Shown one piece after another: positions 26,301 to 39,300 of a stretch of 64,000 nt of DNA. Numbering within the stretch: the first letter of the stretch is position 1; every line of letters starts with the position of its first letter. Made by a program: the position numbers and the translations under genes. Source of the DNA: Raillietiella orientalis (taxonomy: Eukaryota); contig JAYWIR010000017.1 of NCBI GenBank assembly GCA_036172245.1, forward strand, positions 2,852,001 through 2,916,000, given 5' to 3'. The notes beneath the pieces are model-generated. The model saw only the letters and a list, made by a program, of their open reading frames with translations. It did no database searches and was not told where the DNA came from.

Positions 26301-28319
26301 AGGCAAATATAAGAGTTCAGAAAACGCGGTGAGTGGAACTAATAAGAACGTAGGTCAGCTTTGTTCTCAATTATTTTGCAGAGAAAGAAAAATGAACTCT
26401 GGTCTTTTTTTGATGCGTTTGTAATGCCTGGAGACCAGAGTTGGGGGCAATCAAATCCTTAAGGGTGAACGGGAGGAGCAAGTAGCACTGAGTTTCATTT
26501 TAGGAAAGTATGCGTGAAATAAAAAGATTTCCAAGTAGTGAAAGAGGAACAAAATACTCAGAATGTGATCATCATTTTTCTGGGATGCTTGTTTGTTTGT
26601 TTGCCCCTTCATCATTTGAACTGTGAACAGGAGAATTTCAGGATCCAAAATCAGGCTCGAGAGGACTCAGGTGCAGTTCTGAGTGTAAAATGAGATAAAG
26701 AATTTTATGAATTCATCCATTTGTTTATGGGCCATTTCATCAAGTGCATTACGATTTTCAAGCACACTTGCAAATCGACTAAAATTCCGTGGTATCTGCT
26801 ACTTTAGTCCATTCATCGGTTGAGTTAAATGTAGTTGCATAGATGTGATTCTTAGGTTAATGCCACAAATTTCCAAGGAAGTTTCCTGCCTCCATTGGAG
26901 CAGTCGAAAATATCTCGAGGTGAGGACTTTTTTGTCAAGATAACTGGCAAAGAATGTCTGATAAGCTAATCATGAGAGCTTCCATTTTACAGGAAGCGAA
27001 CGAGTAGTTGTCGACGCTTGTTAATCGTAATGGCTGCTATCAAATTTTTTAAAGTACAAAAGAGCACGCTAGTCACTTACAATACAAATAGGTCCTGCCA
27101 AGAATTTCTGGGGAAAGGACAGTAAGAAGGAACTGCTGCATGATAAGTGTTCAAGGAAGCAGGCGCTGATAAATGAATAGACTACGCTAACTCTGATGGA
27201 TTTTCTGATTGTGAAAAGAACTATGAAACTTCTCATCAAAAATCACCTCATTAGAATATGGAACTGGATGTATTTTCTAGCCATCAGGAGATTTTGATTC
27301 CAATTGATTATGATGACAGGCTAAATCAGCTTAGGCGTACTTTGACTGAAATGCGGCTGTTCTTGCCATGTGGATGTTCCAATGATTCTGCAGTGGGTTC
27401 AAAACAAAATCACAATGAAAGTCAGGAAGACTAATGTGAAATTATGAAACAGATTACGAAGCTGAAGGCTTCCACTATAAGCGACAAGTTCAAGAGACTC
27501 GTTTGCAATGTAAATGTTCCAAATTGGAGAATGAGAGCACTATTGTAATCACTGTAATCTCAAGAGATCGAACAAAGGTACTTTCATCTCCACGTACGAC
27601 GTTAACTCTTATTGCAAGTAACAGAGCTGGAAAAGGATCATAATCATAATTTTCAATTTGATTAGATTATGTTTCCATGAGACGTTTTCATAAATCCTCA
27701 CACTGAATAAGAAGATTGCAAAGCTCAAGAAAATATAATGATGGAAGCAAAGTATTTGCACAATATAAGAACCACTTGCTAAATGCATAAATGCCATTAT
27801 CAAAGATACATAAACAATACAGCATGAAGAGGAACAGCGTGAACTATTGCATGCTCACTTTGGGTGTGTGAGGGTAATGCTGTCCTAAAATAGGATTTGC
27901 TTGTAAAACCATTTAAGAACAGATTGCATAATGTAATTCATTAAGTACAAATTTCCCGTTGCTCTGGTATAAGCTTAATGGATGGCGTATCTAGGCAACG
28001 GGGTTCAATCTTGTTGAGACAAGAGATTATCTTGATGTTGATTGCTGCCCTCTGCTTTATTGCTTTAGAGTATGAAATAATTAACAGTAAACTGACTGAA
28101 TAGTTATAAAGGTAAAGAAAGAAAATATGAGATAAACAGGGAAGATAGGAGGTCTCTGATGCATTTTTGGAGGTGCCCCGTTTTCAGGAAGTATTGGAGC
28201 CCTAACATATGTATTGGGACTCATTTGTAGAGCGACTGTCTCAGCCGACGAAAAAAAAATAAGACACGTCCTTAACATTAAGCTACTTCGAGAGATGTCT
28301 TGACGAAAAGTGTCGGATT

Positions 28320-29290
28320 CAATGAACGCCGCCGAAATGCAAATGTCATTTCAGATCAGCCACAAGAAGTGATAAGCTCTATTCTTGGATACACGGAGAC
28401 TCAATGTCACATTCCGGTCCCCACTGCAGAGTAAGAAATCACGAACATATTTAGATCTACTGATCACATAAACCCATTCAAGAATCGGCAAAGAGGATCC
28501 CACTTCTCTTGCCAACCTCATGCCATTTAAGGTCGAAGAAGTGGCAGGAATCTTAAACAAAACGTATGTGATGGTGCTGCATGAGCAGGATGGAAATCTG
28601 CTGACCCTGATGTCAAGTTGTTGAATTCCATCTCCAGCATTTGCATGAAGATGAGGAAGATACCGAAGCAGGCACTCAAGGGCACTCACTCTAATTCTAA
28701 TTTCTAATCTTTGGCGACTGGAGTAGCTGAATGGAGATCAATTTCAACCAGTAAGCGCACACAGGTCATGTGCCAAATCCCACTCCCGCCGGTTTCGGGA
28801 ATGGTTCATTGACAACGAACTTTATTTCTCCGCAGCAAATGGGCTTTCTCTCCGTCGGCGGAATTTTTGATAGGGCTCCATTCTCCGGAATAGACTGGAT
28901 GGAGCTAGTGGAAGATCGAAAGGCATCTGCTTGGGCCCTTTATAGATTTGGTTGATGCCTTCGGATCAGCTCCTGACGAACTTTTGCTCGAAACTGGGGA
29001 GAGAGAGCGGAGCTGGTGAGTGGTTTCTCTCACAGGAAGCGTTTATCCAGTAGCGCGTCCTTGAATCCAGGCGAAATCTGTATGATCAAGGAACGTTCCA
29101 CTGTTAAGGGGATTGAAACAGGGTTGTCTAAGAAGTTTCCTACTCTTCATTGTTAGCATGGAGCCCATCTTGAGAAAGCTGGAGATGTCTTTTGAGAGAG
29201 ACTGCATCCTAGTTTACGTGGATGACATAGTGCTCTTCGTGGAATCTAAGATGAATTGCTTTCACGACTTCGAATGCTCTAGATGCTTCT
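28320..29290 (+). mobile_element. RLE-clade (NeSL/Utopia/R2-like) reverse transcriptase remnant
   Basis: PFKVEEV, ISPQQMGF, FIDLVDAFGSAPDELL, KQGC...LLFIVSMEPILR, VYVDDIVL; stops and frameshifts. Confidence 0.8.
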
Positions 29291-29299
29291 CGTGACATT

Positions 29300-29800
29300 T
29301 CACTGTGTCGCCCACGGGTATCCCCAAGCGGATCCAGTCCGGATCCCTGCCAGAGGCGCACCGACAAGAACGATATTCGACTCTGGTGACACCGCTGGAC
29401 AAAGGGAATTCTGAATTCGATCTGTTCCAGCCCCGCGGTGAAGTCGAGTCCTTCTCACACCTTCTTGTGGATTGCTTTGTTAGCCGACGCGTGTAGGAGG
29501 TTTTGCGACGGCTCCTCTGCTAATGGACAACCACAGGAACGTGTTGAAGCATGCCTTCTTGTGTGCTGCCATGTCACCCACCAACAGCAGTGACCTCAAC
29601 TCTCTGCTGTCTCCGAGGCATAGTCGTGGTGTGTACCGCCGCCGAACGAGAACAGGACTGCAAGGACGTCTCCATAGCAACTCTCTTCCTGAGGAGGAAG
29701 AGGAGGTTCTTATCCTGGGACGAATTCTACCTTACACGCTTTGTTTGATATTTTTTTGTGTGTGAATGTTTATTTATAAGCACTATTTGCGATAAATGGA
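29300..29800 (+). mobile_element. 3' end remnant of a Tx1-type LINE (divergent subfamily)
   Basis: AAEREQDCKDVSIATLFLRRKRRF resembles the family C-terminus AAW...KDAI..ALRFLR..RW, followed by a T-rich 3' UTR. Confidence 0.35.
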
Positions 29801-29989
29801 TGTAAAGCCTACTACAGCTCAGTCCCACTCACAGTGGAATAAATTTATTTCGCAACTCCAAGTTACAATTACTCCAAGTACAACAGCCTATTAATCGCTT
29901 TCACTTTCACAGACGTTTTTTAAGTGCCACTGAGTGTCACTTGCTTGTTACGTTCAGGGTTATTCTTCGGAAATGGAGTCACTAGGTCC

Positions 29990-30360
29990 TCTTGGGGATT
30001 CCACTCACTTGGGTGAGTTCCTCAATACTTTGCAGGTAACGGTAAGTAACGGTAAGTCTAAGAGTGAATGCAACCACAGCTTGAGATCCCTATTTCCTTC
30101 TTCACGAGTCCTTTGAGGATGTTCACTGCCAGAACACTGCTCATTCGGTTCCACATTTATGCTCTTCTTATCACGATGCTCATGATGAAGAGGGCGATGG
30201 GAGTGCGGACCTCCAAGGCGGTGTGCGCAATCCTGTACCTGACGAGGATCGCCACGTCCTTTTTGCCCGGGCTCGCGAACAGTTGGGCATCCAGTCGCTG
30301 TTCGAGTTCGCAGCAGATCTGGTGACCCGTCTCGTGGCTCTCTTGCAGATACATGCAACT
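29990..30360 (-). mobile_element. APE endonuclease N-terminal remnant (L1/Tx1 type)
   Basis: ORF 30157-30444: YLQESH...FASPGKKDVAILV (LQETH and GVAIL motifs). Confidence 0.7.
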
Positions 30361-30599
30361 ACAAATAGTTAGAGGGGCGCCATATTGGAAATAGAAAACG
30401 TAGAGGTGAGTCCATTTTAAAGATGGACAGTGAGGTATGGCCAATCACTTTTAAAATGGGATCGATAAGAAACAAAGTGAAAGACGTTTTCACAGGACAA
30501 ACAAAACGAAAATTTCAACAAGATCCAAACGATTGTGTCGTTTGTAAACCTCTTTCCTGCCTACACTGAACTTCCATGAGGCACTCATTGAGCATGGAA

Positions 30600-33500
30600 T
30601 CACCAGAAACTCATATGGCAGAGAACTTCAGGGTGCGAAATGAGGAAATGAGACAGTTGTACTCTTTGCACAGCCTGAACTTCAAAGCTCCAAAAAAAAG
30701 ATTCTCTCTGGACCACCTTCCCTAGCACGACAAAGTCGCAAAGGTGCAAGTCAGGGACTCGCTCACCAGCATCTTCCCGAGGAAGCTGTGGTGAAGGTGA
30801 GACTTCACAAGGATGCCCAAATACCCAGCTTCAGGATAAAGATTGTCTCTGCGAGTGCAAGCCAGCACTCACCTCGTTCCTATTTCGTACGGATGACATT
30901 TGGAAACGAGGCAGCCCCATCCCCTGAAGTTCAAATGCAACTAAAGCGCCAGTGACCTTTGCTTGCCCTAGCACCAAGATCTGCTACAGAAGCAAGAAGA
31001 AATGAAAGAGACAAAGACTGAATGATCTCACAAGGAGGATCCGTTGTTGCGCAGAAGAGGAAGGAAAAACCTTAGAAAAAAGGACCCTAAGGCAAGAAGA
31101 AAGCCCAGAACAAGGAATAGAAAAACGGATGCTGGATTCTGAAGAGTGAGCTCAAAAGAGGTAACTTATTTACAAAGGGGGAGGAGGAAGGAATACCGAG
31201 AAGATCAAGAAGCGTTTCCGATGGAGTTTGCAGCAGAACCAAAATGTTCATGAAGATTCCGAGTCACATCCGAGGAGCAGCCAACGGAAGGTATCTGGAG
31301 TATGGTTCGCACGACTCATGAGTGAACAACAGGGAATGGAATCAACACAAACTCCAATGTTTGTAAGAAACGCCAGAATTCCAAAGAGTACTGAAGAGAA
31401 GAGGGAATACCGACAATGGAAAGTTACTATCGTTACCACAAAGAACTACAGAAAGAAGACCAACAAAGACCTTTCGACTTTTGTCACGAAGCGACGCGCA
31501 GAATGGAAGGAGACAACTAGTGAGCAATCAGTCCTCAGATGTGGAATGTGAAACCCATACAGCAAAGAGGGGGCAAAACCTTCTGCAAAAAGAAGAGAGA
31601 GAGAGAAGAAAAAAAAAAAAACAGAAAGAGGCAGAGACTTAGAGAGATAGTTTCCTTTGTTTGCTTCCTATCCTGTATGCCATCTTTCAGATGAGTTACA
31701 TACCGTCTGCCTGACATGGGAAAAGGTCGTAGTCGTCTATAGAACGACCAGCTCATAGGCGTGTGGATGGCAGATCAGCAAGCTAGCGCCGTCTCACTAA
31801 CTGTAAGAGTCCCAGATACAGTGTTCCAGGATCAGTTGGGTCTATCCGAGGCTGTTGCTTAGAGCGCTCCGTGCTATCCCTCGCATTTCAGCACATGACG
31901 ATCCTGGATGGATTCGCGTCCAATCAGAAGCATCATCACCAAACCTATGGAGTTTGTCCTGGATTGTAGAAGAATGTTGCAAGAACTGTCAACGGTCGGA
32001 TCGAGACGGCCCAGCACCTTCTTCCGCAGTGTGGTAGCTCTCTGTTAAGACGGGAAAGGCTGCAGCTCTTTAGCACGCCATCGACATTCCATTGGCCCGC
32101 GTTGGCGGCCGTGTGCGGCTGCAGCCTCAGCGCGTGTCACCTAACGTTGTGGGCTCGAACCTCCACGTGGAGAATTGACGTCACGAAATGGGTGAGTCGT
32201 GGGTTTCGGGTCCCCCAGCAGGATGACGCTGGTTGGTCCGTAGGTTTCGGATGCGGCGGCATTCGTGGAAACCTGATATCCCCGTTGACTTGCTGGGAGA
32301 GAAAGTCGTTTCAGGAATCAAGGAGTCCTTCGGGGGTCTCTCTCCGGGTGTGAAAATGGAGCATTACCATGGTGCTGGTTGACACCCTTCTCAGGCAGTT
32401 GCCTCCCTGGAGTGTAAAAAGTGCTGTCGTTCCCTTCAGGGAGCATCCTTCGTAGAAATAAGAAAGCGTCTCTCCGGAAGAGAAGGATCAAGGGGAAGAA
32501 ACAAGGAGCGGATCCTCTCCGTGTTCCGACAGGAGAAGAAATGAAGGGCGCCCCTCCGGTTGTGAAATCGGACCTTGTAAGACCTATTTCCTCCCTACCC
32601 TTACGGCCACAGCTGTGACGATACCTCGCGGCATCGTAGTGACATGCCTCAGGTGAGAAAAGTGCCAGGAGCAGAAAGTCAGATCATACTTTTGTCGGTT
32701 GCCATGACATCCGCGTCGGAGGCTATGTGGCTGCTGAGGTCTGTGCACGTGGCATTATTGAGCGTAGAGGGTTCGAATAGCCCGAACTGAATCGACGCAG
32801 CGTGTCGCGGGTTCGAGTTCCTCCTGCAAGATGACGCAAGTTGGTCCACATTTATCCGGGTGCGGCGCTGATAGAGGTTCAAGACGGATGCCTTCGATAA
32901 GGGCCGGGACAATGGGAGTCGACCTTGGGGTCCTTCCAGGAATCAAGGGGTTGAGAGTTTCCCCTCCGGTTGTGCAAAGGAGCGGACCCCCTCCTTCGAG
33001 GGGGCCTTCCGTGGGCCTATCGCTTCTCGACCTTTTGGCTAAGATCAGAGTGTTAGCATTCGTGGAGTAGGTGTGTTGCCACCCGTCCAGAGAGTGCAAG
33101 GAAGCGAGCCGATCCCTCCGGGGAAGCAGCGCCCTTCTGAATTTCGGAAGCGTCCCTTCGAGGTACTCTTCAGAGAAAGGAGAAACGGAACGGTTCCTTC
33201 GCAGGATCCCTCCGGAGAAGACATTTCTGATAGTGAATCCTTTCCGGGTTCCCTTTGGAGAAGAAAAAATGGAGCCGACCCCTCTGGAGTCCCTTTGGAG
33301 GGAATAAGGAAGATTCTTTGGAGACAACCAGGGTGGAGGTGATCTCCATTCCGGGGATCACCCCTCCTCAGGCGTGAGAGGAACGGACTCTGAGCCCTTC
33401 TTGGATTCATAGGGAGATCTCTACCGGGGCATCCTCTATTTTGAAGAATTACAAGCACCCAAAAATCCCTATAACAATCATCATATTTTTTTCTTTTTAA

Positions 33501-33680
33501 ATTTACTTATTGCCCTGTCCCCATTGTACGTATCTTCAGTCCTCTCCCGCGTGGAACTGCGCTTGGACGTATCTCTGCCTGCACATGCTTCAGGAGGCTC
33601 GCTTCCTTCCTTATTCCGTATGTGCATTATCATTATTATTTTTTTTTTCCAGTAAATACCCCGTGGTAACCGGGTTACCA
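30600..33680 (+). mobile_element. Composite Tx1-type remnants: upstream ORF-like segment, ORF1-like segment, two module copies (about 32100-32580 and 32720-33460), family 3' tail
   Basis: CKNC knuckle-like motif near 31980; module homology to 52050-52660; terminal hairpin at 33658-33675. Confidence 0.7.
33019..33059 (+). pseudogene. U2: U2 snRNA 5' fragment (about nt 1-40)
   Basis: atcgcttctcgaccttttggctaagatcagagtgttagcat versus U2 ATCGCTTCTCGGCCTTTTGGCTAAGATCAAAGTGTAGTAT (3 substitutions, 1 insertion). Starts exactly at U2 nt 1 and is absent from sister copies. Confidence 0.88.
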
Positions 33681-33689
33681 AACTTCTGA

Positions 33690-34340
33690 CAGAGGTCCAG
33701 CAAGATTTTCGCGTGGAAAGTTCAGTTTCAACAGTACCACCAGTGCCGCTTCCTTGAACAAGTCTTTCGCAGTAGCGGTACCTTCAATTGGTATTAATGG
33801 AAGTATGTCCTCAAGGATATCCACTCCAATGAAAATTGACAACTGAGGTGCACTTGTGGCACGAGTTGTCTCGAGTGCCCACGAGAAGAAAACGAAATTT
33901 GTGTGCTTCGGAGCGCGCTACAGAGTCGGTCGAATCAGTTACCACCTGGTCTATTTTCCAGGTAAAGTTTCAGTGGACAAAATGCTCTGCGACATTTGCG
34001 AATCAATCAACCTCGTCCTGGCTTAGAATCGTAGCAGCTGTGTTGCAGGGAATTCTTTGAAACGACCTTCTAGTGAGGTGTCAAATATTTACCTCTGGTT
34101 GTGCGGTTTCCATAAAATGACGTGGTTTTCAAAGAGGGGTTCAGTCTTTGACGGCAGTTTCAGTTCGGAAGTTCGTTTCAAACGACGCTTTCCTGTTCCG
34201 GGCACCATCGCTAACATTCCTGACCTCTTCGTGCCTTGTGGTCAAATACCTCGCCACGTTACATTTTTTCCACAGATACACAATTGAAAAGTTAAGCACA
34301 GCCTTCCCATTCCTTTCTGTGGAGAGAAAATTCTCGAGCT
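33690..34340 (-). mobile_element. hAT (Buster/Charlie/GTF2IRD2-like) transposase remnant
   Basis: STERNGKAV...KKCNVARYLTTRH, VVTDSTD (DESTD-like), DILPLIPIEGTATAKDLF; frameshifted. Confidence 0.75.
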
Positions 34341-34605
34341 CAAGCAGACTGGAAGTGCTGGTGCTCATCAAACAACGGTTCCTTCTGTTACATGATACCT
34401 GAGGGTCATGTACACAGATTTGCAATATCACATTGGAAGTACTGAAAAGGAAAAAGCTCACCGACGTACGCGGATTTCAGCATGCTTGTGCAGTGCACAT
34501 TGGGTGTAGTCATCTTTGATAGAAGAAACTTTTGACACGAGCAACCCTTGATGTGGTCAACGTTTTAAGTTTTCCGTCATTAGATTTTTTTCAACCGCGT
34601 TAAAG

Positions 34606-35160
34606 ATGGGGGGTAAAATGAGAGAAGTTCACGCACTGTTCAAGAAAAGTTGGATGTTTTACGTGGAATCGAAAAGGGAACGAAGATGAAAGTGGGGGTG
34701 TTTGAAATTCAAGATGGGTCAATCAACCATTTAGAAAATCGTGAAGAATAAAAGAGAACTAAAGAGAAGGCTATGCCGCCTCGTGCTGCAATGTTCGGAA
34801 ACACCGAAAGACAGGACGGCGATCTCGAAATTTCCTGAAAGAGATTCTTCACACTCGTGGTTCCTACAACAGAGAGACTCGAAAGAAAAAAAAAAGAAGC
34901 ACTACCACAAACGAAATCTTAAGATTGAAGACCAAGGAAATTGATGTTCGGTTGGGAGGTGATGGGGAATTTTCGGCAAGTGACGGGTGGCTGAGCAACT
35001 TGAGAAAAAGATATGGCGCTCACGGAAATTCGATATCGATAAAGTTACTGACCACTCATTCAATTTAGCTATGGAGTGGTCAGAAAGTGTCTGCCTTCCT
35101 GTTCGTGATGTTCTCCTGAGACGAATGCGAGAAGCAACCGTAAAGTTTGAATCAAATTTT
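34606..35160 (+). mobile_element. Internally deleted pogo/Tigger transposase remnant
   Basis: TVQEKLDVLRGIEKG, GQSTI*KIVKNK, SWFLQQR, EFSASDGWLSNLRKRYG (CENP-B-type HTH), then a jump to C-terminal-like AMEWSE...DVLLRRMRE. No DDE domain seen. Confidence 0.78.
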
Positions 35161-35339
35161 ACATCGTATCATCATCATTCACCATACACCATCATTATTT
35201 TTTACTTTTGTAACGCTGTTCATTTGATTATAAGAATTCATGTTTCTGCTGAACAATTTTGGTTTCATCATCCAAAATTATTATTATTATTATTATTTAT
35301 TTCGACCACCCATCTCGATACAATCACCAACATTCTATA

Positions 35340-35600
35340 AAGGCAACATTTCTAAAACTTGGATTCCAGCGGAGGTGACTGTACATGCTTCTGAACGCAT
35401 ACCTAACCAACCTCGGAGACCGAAAAGTCCTGTGCCACGACGGACCTTTTCGTGCAACAGCTCTTGCGGACCCGGAAGTCACGATGAACACCCGCTGTTC
35501 GCTTTTAAATGTGATGCATCATGTTTACATAAGCGAGCCTTGGAGGAGGAGGAGGCTAATTCCAGCTGCAAGAGTCTTGCGGTCCGCAGGCTGCCCACCC
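35340..35600 (+). mobile_element. Possible R1/LOA-type RT fragment
   Basis: LKLGF...LLNAYLTNLGDRKV and NSSCGPG resemble LG...SYLxxR and QGSxxGP; weak. Confidence 0.3.
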
Positions 35601-36309
35601 CGGATCCACAATCATGGCGTATCCCCTCCTATCCCATTTTCCTTCAAGGGAATAATCAATATAGTTGTAAAACTTCCTGTCACTTGGCCAATATCCCCAC
35701 GGGTCATTTTGTCTGCATGCTGTTCGGGCCTCGCAAGAACAAAACTGCATTCAGTATGACAGTTTTGTCTCATTTACATAAGAAATGCCTCCGTCCACAG
35801 GAAACAATCCAATGTAAGCGACATAAACACTGGAGGAATGACCATGAAATCAAATCCAAAAATCACGAATTTCGTACTTGTTTATTAGATAAAAAACGTC
35901 TTGGGATTTGATTTCTGGGTTAAAATCTTTTACCATGAACGAATCTCAGGAAAACACTTGCGATTTGAAATTTCCATTAATCCTGCGTAATACTTTCATA
36001 ATACGATGCAACGGCGGAATTAACAAAAAGAAAATGTAGGGAGGAGGGCTGAACGCGCTTCGGCTGTACAATACTAAAATTGACGACGCAGAGGCCCGAG
36101 ACCTCTTAAAGAAAAGAAAACGTGAGAAAGAGAAAACATGAAGAAATGAAAAAAAGAAAAAAGATGCCTTGCAAGATCAGTGTTACTGACAAAATCTGTG
36201 CCAAAATGCTTTTTATTGAAATTTCTATACAAGCAGCATTTTCACACCACGATGAAAGAAGATTTCCCTTAATTTTAATCATCTAGCTCTCCTCACAAAA
36301 CTGCCGGGT

Positions 36310-39300
36310 TCAAACGGAATCATCTAAAAAAAAAAAAAAAAAAAAAAAGAGAGAGAAAAAAAAAAACGAGATCAAACAGCATTTCTCGAACTTTCAGAAT
36401 CTGTCCTTATTACCATGAAAATACCACGACGAATCTTTAGGACTCTTGTTACTTTTTGTTAAAACATACAGCGAATTATCGGGAGGACGTTTCTAAAATC
36501 AGATTAGGTTAGCACCACACAATGCAGATGTAAAATGTACTTTTTCCTTACAACTACTCAACATTGATATGATGGACAAACAAACAGCTTGAACGGACAA
36601 TGCAGGCGACCAGTGGTTGCTTCCCAAAATCGAGAGGCAGATGTGACCATTGCTATAAATATGCGGATGTAATGGTATGGAATCACCAATGAACATCACC
36701 TGGGAAAACAACGTCAGCTGGTTAAAATCTTTAGAATTGCATACCGTATTAGCCCGGATGTAAGACGTGGTCCCCCCCCCCCCAAGGAATATCATTGGAA
36801 GACGAGGTTCGTCTTATATTCGGGCTTTTTTGTTTTTTTGGGGGGGTGGGCCTCGTAGAAACAAGCCCTCTAAGTGAGCTGTGATGCACAACTTAGATGC
36901 TGCCCCGAAAGTTTTTTTTTTTTTTAAATAAAAGTTGGGACTCGTCTTACAAGCGGGAGTCATCCTGTATTTGGGCTAACACGGTAGTTCCCTTTATACA
37001 TCCCGCCAGCTCCACACGAAAGTGTGAAGCTGGCGGAATGGTGTCTTATTAGGAGAAATCTGCTTAATTTTCGGCTTCATATACACATTAAAGGAACACT
37101 CGAACAATTACAACAGGATCGCCCCTTTTATTCATTTTTTGCAACGTGAACCTCAATCTGATCTGCAGGGATGATGGTGTTTTTAAGTGACAGATGGCTG
37201 TTCTGTTTTTCTAAATGCTCATTTCGTTTGCAAATATTTCGCAGTAAACAAGGAAAACAGCAAGCGTACCTAGTACGAAAAACATAAGCGTAGGCGATTG
37301 GAAAAAGTATCGGTGCCGCAATGTATCGAATTCAAAGTACCAAAACGCGAGCATCCCTCGTTCAGGTAGGTGGAGCATGCAGCATCACTACTATGGACCT
37401 GTAGCGTTTCAAATTATGTCAGTCTACAGTCAGTGATTCCTAGGGGAGCTCCGCGTTCATATACGTATGTGTGCAGGCATCTGTGTATACACGTTTGCAA
37501 TATAAAACCTTTGCTAGGAATGCACACACACACGGCAAATTATCGGGATACATGCTCCATTTAAGAGTCTGCTCCATTTCAAATGAATGCTATAATTACG
37601 ACAACACCCGAATGCTCATATGCAGTTCGGTACACATATAGTTTTGCTTCACCGTTCTACATTCACGAAATATTATCCGCATGTTCCTAATAACCAGTTA
37701 GAAAATCAAATCCGTTTACGGTACATTTACACTGTCGACTCTAGGGACCTGCACCCACAGAGACAATCTACTTTTCCTTGTGACATGTGTCAAACCTGGA
37801 CACAAGGAGCACATGGGAAAGAAACTGAACGAAAATCCAACTCCAATTCCGGGAACGATTCAGCAGTCAAGTTAGCAGTTCAAAATAGGAACCCGAAATG
37901 ATTAGCTGTATCGCGGGATAAAACAATAAGGTACTTGGTGTTCCATAAAATAATAATAATAAATCATACGATAGAAAAAGCACTTTCCAAGAAATCGACA
38001 CCTTCTAGAGCATTTGGCATTAAACCTGAAAAATGGGAACATGAGCAGGTAACAAACTCAAAATCAATCTCACCAGATGTAGAAAAAATGGTAGAAACAA
38101 TAGCTTTCTTAGAACATTCATACAAGCATATGTTCAGAACAAGATTTCAAATTATAAATTACAAGTTCACACGTGAGAAGCTATCTTTAAGTTAATTTAC
38201 AATATGGCAGCAAGTGTACACAGCAATGATCAACAGATGGATGATCCAAATCATCAAATATTTCATTTCCCCAAAATTCAACAGTATGACAACACGCAAC
38301 ACAAAAAGACAGTCAACAGATTTAGGTTTTTCGTTGCACGATCTATAAAAGTCTCAGTGGAGCAGATAATTTATTCTCATAAAAAATCAAAGAACTTTCT
38401 TTCATTAGGAAGTTTTCAAAAATTCAAAATCTAAATTCTAAAAATGAACTAGTTGGACTGTCTCAACAAATTCAATAAAGCATACTGATAAATTCCCATC
38501 AGTATAATAACATTACTAATGTCATGCTGAAAATCCGAAAAGCTTGTAGAACAACCGAACTCAAACCACAGATTGTTATCTTCTCTTACGGTCGAATTAA
38601 TCAATTTTGTAAACACTAGTTCTGCTAATATGCTGCTAATGCCTTAAATGTAAGTTACGATGTTAGTACTAATTACCATGGTAAAAAAACATTTCAGTTT
38701 ATAATTCTCTGATATTGATTGCAATCCTTAATTCCGCGACTCACAAACTGATTATGCATGGTTTCATCCGGGTACTGATTTATTTAACAGTAGCCAGTTT
38801 CCAGTCTGCAAACACGAATGGACATAAAATAAAGATTTTCACATTTCAATAACTACATTTGGTTATCTGGCACATGTGCTATGCAATGCTATTTCTACAA
38901 CAGGTCTCATTATACTCCACAATAACTGTCTATAAAACACTTCAAAAGCTAAAAAACACATACAATAAAGCTGAAACAATTAATAATTACTTTATCATCA
39001 TGTTTTTTTATTTGTTAATAAAAATGATATTTTTTATGAATAGATTTTCCATTTAAAAATGAAAGCTCAATTATTATTCCCTGATTACAAATTTTCCCCA
39101 ACAATAGTAATTTCTTTTCTCTTGGCTATGAAACACCCAGTAAGCATGATCAAAATATATGGCCAACATCACAGAAAATATCAAAACAAAATACATACTT
39201 CTGGAACATCAAATGGATATCTCTGAGAAAAACGAAAACGTAGAAGAAATTTTTCATCTTCATAAAGAGTACCAGGAGCTCCACGCAATTCTACAGTCCA

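Noticed and set aside
28974..28995. ctgacga...gaaac hammerhead-like core
   Set aside because: No stem II; encodes the RT motif APDELLLE.
35240..35911. 223-aa ORF as a gene
   Set aside because: Starts across a (TTA)n microsatellite, has no recognisable domain and overlaps a probable RT relic.
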